Positions 58,385 through 64,000 of a stretch of 64,000 nt of DNA are shown piece by piece (the first letter of the stretch is position 1; the number at the start of each line of letters is the position of its first letter). The notes beneath the pieces are model-generated. The model worked only from the letters and a program-made list of their open reading frames with translations. It had not been told where the DNA came from and ran no database searches. The stretch is taken from positions 864,001 through 928,000 of the forward strand of contig CAWIPH010000002.1 in assembly GCA_963837955.1 (NCBI GenBank). Reading direction: 5' to 3'. Both the position numbers and the translations under genes were made by a program. Source of the DNA: an uncultured Verrucomicrobiae bacterium. GTDB lineage: Bacteria; Verrucomicrobiota; Verrucomicrobiia; Chthoniobacterales; JAFAMB01.

Positions 58385-59140
58385 CTACCACTGCGCGTTT
58401 GGGTAGGCCCGCTGCAGAAATTGCATCTCCGCCAGCAAATAGCCAAAACCCTCGGTGTGTATCCCGCGCTTGCCGCCGCGCTGCATCCAATCTGAGCGGG
58501 GTAGGGCGAGTGTAGCCTCAGCGAATGTGGACTTCACGCGATCCATCCATGGAACCTGCAACGCCCGAAGATCGGGTCCGATTTTTTCCTGAGCCATCGC
58601 ATCATCAATCGGGTCGGCTTCGAAAAGCTCGCCGGTAAACCGCCAAAGCTCATCGGCAGCGCGCTGCATTCGGACATGGCTTTCCTCCGTTCCGTCACCG
58701 AGTCGAATCACCCAACCGGCACTCCGCCGAAGATGGTAACGCACTTCTTTGAGGGCTTTCTCGCTGATTTCGCTGATCCGTTGATCGCTTGAGTCTGCCA
58801 GAGCTGTCAACAACAACAAATACCACGCATCAAAGTAAAATTGCCGGGCGATCGTCGTTGCAAAATCGCCGTTTGCTTGTTCAACGAGAAGCAAATTTCG
58901 GAACTCGTGTGTATCGCGCAGAAAAGCGAGTTGGTCTTCGGTGCGTTCTTTTCCTTCCACTTCCGCGGCGTATCCAAGCCAGATTTGTGCTTGCCCATTC
59001 AGATCCAGCGCTACATTAGTAAGCGCGAGATCTTCCTCCAAGATAGGCCCCCGTCCGCACCATTCCCCGAGGCGCTGACTCAAGATCAGGCAGCTGTCGG
59101 CTAGGCGCAGGACGTAATCGAAAAGCTGTTTATTATTCAT
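58385..59140 (-). CDS. paaC: Phenylacetyl-CoA epoxidase subunit C
   Basis: QRLGEWCG, RLGDGTEESH, LQRAYPNAQW. Confidence 0.95.
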   Translation of the reverse strand: MNNKQLFDYVLRLADSCLILSQRLGEWCGRGPILEEDLALTNVALDLNGQAQIWLGYAAEVEGKERTEDQLAFLRDTHEFRNLLLVEQANGDFATTIARQFYFDAWYLLLLTALADSSDQRISEISEKALKEVRYHLRRSAGWVIRLGDGTEESHVRMQRAADELWRFTGELFEADPIDDAMAQEKIGPDLRALQVPWMDRVKSTFAEATLALPRSDWMQRGGKRGIHTEGFGYLLAEMQFLQRAYPNAQW

Positions 59141-59147
59141 GTGATTT

Positions 59148-59321
59148 TCGTCCTCGTGCTCGTCGTCGTCCTCGTGCTCGAAAATGCTATGGTGGCGCGG
59201 ACTTTCCCATCGCGACGGTGTTCATTTTGCGAAAAGATCGCCTTGTTTGACGATTAATACCTTCCATCATTCTCGCCGGTCGGGTCACCTCAAGCGAGGA
59301 CGAGCACTACGACGAGGACGA
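59148..59321. repeat. TCGTCCTCG-rich REP-like inverted-repeat element between paaB and paaC
   Basis: TCGTCCTCGTGCTCG twice (59148-59180); imperfect complementary arm CGAGGACGAGCACTACGACGAGGACGA (59295-59321). Confidence 0.6.
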
Positions 59322-59350
59322 TTGCGCTCGCGCCTTCGCCGCGTTGCGAT

Positions 59351-59632
59351 CTACAAGTGTTTCACCTCCTCCGGCACCTTATAGAAAGTAGGATGCCGAT
59401 AGATCTTGTTCTTGGCCGGCTCGAACAGCTCTTCCTTTTGGTCGGGGTCGCTCGCGTAAATATCGACCGACTTCACCACCCAGATACTGACGCCTTCATT
59501 GCGTCTCGTATATACGTCGCGAGCGTTCTCGACGGCCATTTCCGCGTCCGGAGCATGTAGACTACCGACATGCTTATGCGCTAAGCCGTTTTGGCTTCGA
59601 ATGAATACTTCCCAGAGCGGCCAATCGTTCAT
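59351..59632 (-). CDS. paaB: Phenylacetyl-CoA epoxidase subunit B
   Basis: WPLWEVFIRS, ARDVYTRRNEGVSIW, YRHPTFY. Confidence 0.95.
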   Translation of the reverse strand: MNDWPLWEVFIRSQNGLAHKHVGSLHAPDAEMAVENARDVYTRRNEGVSIWVVKSVDIYASDPDQKEELFEPAKNKIYRHPTFYKVPEEVKHL

Positions 59633-59647
59633 GGTTTCTCGCTTATT

Positions 59648-60625
59648 CTAAGCGGCAACGGTCTCTGCTTTGCGCTTGCGCGCATACTCCAGCGCAGCGG
59701 CACTCACCCAGGCACCATCATCATGCGCTGCTCTTCGAGCCCGCATTCGCTCCCGATTGCAAGGTCCGTTCCCTTTGATGACGTTATAAAACTCGGTCCA
59801 ATCAATCTCCCCAAAATCGTAGTGTCCAGTCGCGGTATTCCAGCCCAACGCCGGATCTGGTATTCTCAGTCCTAGATAATCTGCCTGCGGAGCTGTTTGA
59901 TCGACGAATCGCCGGCGTAGTTCATCGTTGGTCAGGAGCTTTATTTTCCAACGCTTTGATTGCGCTGTGTGCGGGGATTCACTGTCGGGAGGGCCGAACA
60001 TCATGAGCGAGGGCCACCACCAACGACTTAGAGCATCTTGGGCCATTGCTCGTTGAGCGCTCGTGCCACGCGACAAAGTGGTCATGATCTCGAACCCTTG
60101 ACGCTGATGGAAACTTTCTTCTTTGCAGATCCGGATCATTGCTCGCGCGTATGGCCCATAGGAACAGCGACAGAGCGGTATCTGATTCATGATCGCGGCG
60201 CCGTCGACCAGCCAACCGATCGCACCCATGTCGGCCCACGTAAGGGTCGGGTAGTTAAAGATGCTCGAGTACTTCGCTTTTCCTGACAAAAGATCTTCCA
60301 CTAATTGGTCACGCGAAACGCCCAATGTCTCGGCGGCCCCGTAGAGGTAAAGGCCGTGCCCGGCTTCATCCTGGACTTTAGCTAACAGAATCGCCTTACG
60401 CCGTAAGGTCGGTGCGCGGGTGATCCAGTTGGCCTCGGGCAACTGCCCAACAATTTCCGAATGGGCGTGTTGCGAAATTTGGCGGATCAACGTTTTCCGA
60501 TAACCTTCCGGCATCCAATCTTTGGCCTCGATGGTCTCGCCTGCGTCAATCCTGATCTGGAAATGTCGTTCTTGCGGAGTTTCTCCGTTTTGCTCACCTG
60601 TGACTTCGACCATTTGCGCGTACAT
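59648..60625 (-). CDS. paaA: Phenylacetyl-CoA epoxidase subunit A
   Basis: [27 protein letters not shown]. Confidence 0.96.
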   Translation of the reverse strand: MYAQMVEVTGEQNGETPQERHFQIRIDAGETIEAKDWMPEGYRKTLIRQISQHAHSEIVGQLPEANWITRAPTLRRKAILLAKVQDEAGHGLYLYGAAETLGVSRDQLVEDLLSGKAKYSSIFNYPTLTWADMGAIGWLVDGAAIMNQIPLCRCSYGPYARAMIRICKEESFHQRQGFEIMTTLSRGTSAQRAMAQDALSRWWWPSLMMFGPPDSESPHTAQSKRWKIKLLTNDELRRRFVDQTAPQADYLGLRIPDPALGWNTATGHYDFGEIDWTEFYNVIKGNGPCNRERMRARRAAHDDGAWVSAAALEYARKRKAETVAA

Positions 60626-60673
60626 AGATCTGCAATCTTTGGGTTGGGGGAGAAGCTGCTAGAACGAAGATTA

Positions 60674-60712
60674 TGATACAAGGATTGCGGCTCTAAATCA
60701 AATACTGTATCA
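60674..60712. promoter_or_regulatory. PaaX operator
   Basis: TGATAC-N27-GTATCA between divergent paaA and paaX, matching the widely spaced PaaX operator architecture. Confidence 0.75.
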
Positions 60713-60735
60713 CTTGGGTTGTCTACGAAATTGTC

Positions 60736-61683
60736 GTGCCGGCCACTCACTCTTCTCTTTCCACTACCCGCCAGACGATCCGGAAATGGATCAGAGGTAC
60801 TTTGGCCAATGATCCCCCCAGAGCGAAGTCACTCGTCGTTACCGTCTTTGGCGACTCGATCCAACCGCGCGGTGGATCAGTTCGGCTGAAGGGGTTGATC
60901 GATCTGCTTGCCCCGTTCGGCATCAACGATCGCCTGGTCAGAACCAGTGTTTTTCGCTTAGTGCAGGAAAAGTGGCTTCGTCCCAGCAAACACGGCCGGG
61001 AGAGCTCCTATCATCTGACCGAATCTGGCCGGCACCGCTTTGCGCTTGCCTATGGCAAAATCTATCAGCGGCAATCGACTGCCTGGAATGGGCGTTGGAC
61101 GCTGATAGCGTTACCGCAGAACGGCGTGCCCCCGCAGCAAAGGACGCGTCTGCGCAAGGAGCTGGAGTGGCAGGGTATGCGCCAACTCGCACCTAATCTA
61201 CTTGGACATCCGCAAATTAGTTGGGCGCTGGTGGAAGAGGTTCTCGATCGTCTGGATGCCCGACGGCAAGTAATCACCTGTCAAGTGATTGAGTCCGGTA
61301 ATTTAGGCACACGTAACTTGCCTGATCTTGTCAAAAGCTCTTGGGATTTCACGTCAGTGATCAACGATTATCGCGCGTTTCTCCGGCGATTTTCCGCCCT
61401 CCGGCGACTTCCGGAAGAGCCGGACGCGATCGTACCGCAAGAATGGTTCATGATTCGCACGCTATTAATCCATGCTTTTCGTCGAATCGTTCTCCATGAC
61501 CCACTCCTCCCAACCGAGCTGCTTCCCATTCCATGGATTGGCGGTGAAGCTTACGCATTTGTGAGTAGGATTTATTTGCAAAGTATCACCGGATCAGAAG
61601 CACATCTGAATGCGACGATTGGGAGCCCAAATAAGCCCAATTCGGTTGGTGCACATCTGGGTCAGCGCTTTCGCCGGCTTTGA
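60736..61683 (+). CDS. paaX: Phenylacetate operon repressor
   Basis: SLVVTVFGDSI, RLVRTSVFRL, LHDPLLPTELLP. Confidence 0.93.
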   Translation: MPATHSSLSTTRQTIRKWIRGTLANDPPRAKSLVVTVFGDSIQPRGGSVRLKGLIDLLAPFGINDRLVRTSVFRLVQEKWLRPSKHGRESSYHLTESGRHRFALAYGKIYQRQSTAWNGRWTLIALPQNGVPPQQRTRLRKELEWQGMRQLAPNLLGHPQISWALVEEVLDRLDARRQVITCQVIESGNLGTRNLPDLVKSSWDFTSVINDYRAFLRRFSALRRLPEEPDAIVPQEWFMIRTLLIHAFRRIVLHDPLLPTELLPIPWIGGEAYAFVSRIYLQSITGSEAHLNATIGSPNKPNSVGAHLGQRFRRL

Positions 61684-61809
61684 CCGCAATGTTCGGTCTT
61701 TACGCCAATGATCCGCTGGTAGACCAAGAGCCGAGAAGCGCGGAATCGACTGGTGAGGAAGGACCGGAGCACTCGCCTAACATAGGGCTCCCTTGGTACG
61801 GAAATTCTT

Positions 61810-62646
61810 TTAGGATTTGGCGGCCTGCCACACAGTTTCGATGATCGGGCGAAGGCGGGCGGCGTCATCCCAACTGTTTGGGAGTTGTTCGAGGTTGTAT
61901 CCGCTGCTGACCGGGCCCATTTCGGGAACGACGAATAACTCGCGATCGGACGGTTGGTTTCCTTGCAACCAGAGCCTGAACGTGTCCTTGACGAACGGTA
62001 GCCACTCCTGGAATTCGCGACTTAGCGAACCGTCCGGACGCGTGACCGGGACCTGGCAATGGTGACCGTTGAAGGGACGGAAATGAAACTGGCAGGACCT
62101 TTGCACCAGGTCGGGACGAACCAGGAGTCTTTCGGAAAACGCGCTGGCTGCGAGATGCTTGACGACGGCAAAGTGAGAGAAATCCCAGGTAATTGGCAAT
62201 AAACGGCCGGTGGCTTGGCCATAGGCGTTGGCCAGAGCGTAGGTTTTTTCAGGAGTTTCGGTGCAGGTGTCTCGGTGCACTTCGATGGAGAGCTCCAGCT
62301 CGCCAATATCTTCCGCCGTCTCGAAGAGCTGAAGTGTTAACCGGAGGGCGGCATCCGTCAATGTGTCATGGTCTCCCAGCTGGACATTAATATGTCTAGC
62401 GCCTGCCAATTTCTGGATTTCGAGCAAAGACCTGAACTCTCCAATATCGCTTGAGGAAATGTAGCCGACGATCGTCAGCTTTCGCTGATGGGCGGCTATA
62501 CCAAGTTCAGGCGTGATCCGGCCGGTGATACCGTCGAACCCGGCAGCTTTGACCGCATCAAGCTGTTCATCAGCGGACCAGGGTTGTTCCGCAGTCGGGT
62601 ATTGGCGCAAGGACCAAAGATTAGCAATGTGGCAGAGAGTGGCCAT
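61810..62646 (-). CDS. Xylose isomerase-like TIM barrel protein
   Basis: EVHRDTCTE, DFSHFAV, HFRPFNG, PEMGP. Confidence 0.7.
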   Translation of the reverse strand: MATLCHIANLWSLRQYPTAEQPWSADEQLDAVKAAGFDGITGRITPELGIAAHQRKLTIVGYISSSDIGEFRSLLEIQKLAGARHINVQLGDHDTLTDAALRLTLQLFETAEDIGELELSIEVHRDTCTETPEKTYALANAYGQATGRLLPITWDFSHFAVVKHLAASAFSERLLVRPDLVQRSCQFHFRPFNGHHCQVPVTRPDGSLSREFQEWLPFVKDTFRLWLQGNQPSDRELFVVPEMGPVSSGYNLEQLPNSWDDAARLRPIIETVWQAAKS

Positions 62647-62670
62647 TACATGGCTATGGCGTTTCTCCTA

Positions 62671-62701
62671 TTTGTCATCAGTCATTTGTCATTTGTCATT
62701 C
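62671..62701. repeat. Heptamer tandem repeat (TTTGTCA)n
   Basis: TTTGTCA TCAGTCA TTTGTCA TTTGTCA. Confidence 0.55.
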
Positions 62702-62709
62702 GCGCCCTC

Positions 62710-63171
62710 TTACTTCGCGAGATGCCTCGCGTAGTAAGGGGGCGCGACGGTGCCTGGTTTGCTGAACCACTTGGGGACATCAACGCCGGAGTACAAGAGG
62801 ATATTGCCCCAGGGATCGAAGGCGCCTGTTCGCACGATGAATTTGGCTTTGCTGGAGAGCTCGGTCAGGATTTGTTGATGCGGGACGGTGATAAAATCTG
62901 CACCCGCGAAGATCTTGTCGACTTTACGTTTCAGTTCCGGATTGTTCTCAGCCATTTCGGCCGCGTATCCGACTTTTTCGGCAATGAAATCCTGAGCAAT
63001 CGCGCTAAGTACCGTTGGTAAGTCGGGGAGATCAGGTAAGATCGCGAGGTCGATCCGCGGTACCTGGCTGGGGATGGGAAAACCGGCGTCACAAACGATC
63101 AAGAGATCGCCATGGCCCATCGCGGCGATGGCCTCATTAAGGGGCAGATTCAGAAGTCCGTTTCTTTTCAT
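62710..63171 (-). CDS. rbsD: D-ribose pyranase (RbsD/FucU family)
   Basis: MGHGDLLIVCDAGFPIP, IVRTGAFDPWGNILLYSGV. Confidence 0.88.
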   Translation of the reverse strand: MKRNGLLNLPLNEAIAAMGHGDLLIVCDAGFPIPSQVPRIDLAILPDLPDLPTVLSAIAQDFIAEKVGYAAEMAENNPELKRKVDKIFAGADFITVPHQQILTELSSKAKFIVRTGAFDPWGNILLYSGVDVPKWFSKPGTVAPPYYARHLAK

Positions 63172-63190
63172 GGGAAGGAACTGGCAGGGT

Positions 63191-64000
63191 TTACTCGAAA
63201 TGTTTTCGGTATAAGGCGTCGACCGCATCGCGCCGAGGGAGTCCGGGGATCACACCAAGTTTCGTGCAAGCGAGGGCGCCCGCGCAGGAGGCAAATTGCG
63301 CTGCGGCTCGGAGATCCCTGGACTCGGCTATTGCCACAGCGAGTGCAGCGTTGAACGCGTCTCCAGCCCCAGTCGTATCAGTGACTTCGACGGGAACAGC
63401 TGGAATCTCCTGTTCGCCGGCATTATCCAGAATGAGAAGACCATGTTCGCCTCGGGTTGCAATCACGGTGCAACCAAAGCGTTGGCGGAGTTTCCGGGCG
63501 AGCTGGGACGTAGGGGTGGGATCGTCGGGTCGCAATCCCAGCAGGATGCGGAGTTCGGTCTCGTTAGGAGTAATCAGATCGACATTGTGAAGAAGATCAT
63601 CCGGGAGAGGAGCAGCCGGCGCAGGGTTAAGGATGGTCTTGGCGCCGTGCTTACGCCCAAGCGACATTCCTTCGGCGGCGGCTTCAATCGGGATTTCGAG
63701 CACAGTGAGAACAACGTCGCTGGCGGCAATTTGGTCCTCTGCCTGCTGCACGAAAGCTCTATCCAGAAGCTTGTTCGCGCCCATATCGAGAATGATACCG
63801 TTCCGTCCTTCTGGATTCAGGATAATAAAGCCAACGCCGGTAGCAGCTTGTTTCGTTTGCTTGAGCCAATCGGTATGCACGCCTTCGGCTCTGTACAGGT
63901 CGATAGCGATCGCGCCGAGTTTGTCACTACCGATCAGTCCGATGAAATTAGCCTCCGCACCGAGCCGAACCGCAGCAACAGCCTGGTTCGACCCTTTGCC
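63191..64000 (-). CDS. rbsK: Ribokinase, 5' end outside the window
   Basis: GKGSNQAVAAVRLG at the window edge, LNPAPA, TPNETE, DTTGAGDAF. Confidence 0.9.
   Translation of the reverse strand, partial: GKGSNQAVAAVRLGAEANFIGLIGSDKLGAIAIDLYRAEGVHTDWLKQTKQAATGVGFIILNPEGRNGIILDMGANKLLDRAFVQQAEDQIAASDVVLTVLEIPIEAAAEGMSLGRKHGAKTILNPAPAAPLPDDLLHNVDLITPNETELRILLGLRPDDPTPTSQLARKLRQRFGCTVIATRGEHGLLILDNAGEQEIPAVPVEVTDTTGAGDAFNAALAVAIAESRDLRAAAQFASCAGALACTKLGVIPGLPRRDAVDALYRKHFE

Noticed and set aside
1..64000. CRISPR array, cas genes, rRNA or prophage
   Set aside because: No regularly spaced repeat-spacer array and no recognisable genes of these kinds were seen by eye

Overview
This window is bacterial chromosomal DNA. 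The gene repertoire (MqnE, DUF5069, TamB-like protein, LTXXQ protein, many short intergenic REP-like repeats) suggests a soil verrucomicrobium, possibly Chthoniobacterales; that assignment is an inference. Positions 1-26.4 kb are mostly core/metabolic genes: a partial TamB-like gene, BrkB, PcaD, ABC subunits, HU, YceI, Nnr, an ECF sigma factor, MqnE, tRNA-Leu, otnK-otnC-otnI, a flavin halogenase-like gene, BdhA and an MHS transporter. This part also holds an orphan fliA-flgN-csrA module with a sigma54-type promoter and CsrA hairpins. The main structural result is a 16,986-bp Tn3-family composite element (27663-44648) bounded by Tn21-like 38-bp inverted repeats and a 5-bp TGCTA target duplication. 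It splits an arsR-arsC-sigZ-arsM arsenic cluster. Inside are two apparently identical 234-bp Tn3-type miniature elements, an extra inverted end, a resolvase, an internally deleted transposase, redox/SDR cargo, a decayed FAD-dependent effector-like gene and an intact Zn-ribbon/HEPN protein. The right part carries a phenylacetate (paa) cluster with a PaaX operator and an appended ThDP enzyme, followed by ribose utilisation genes. No CRISPR array or rRNA was seen. All family calls come from motif recognition by eye, without database searches.
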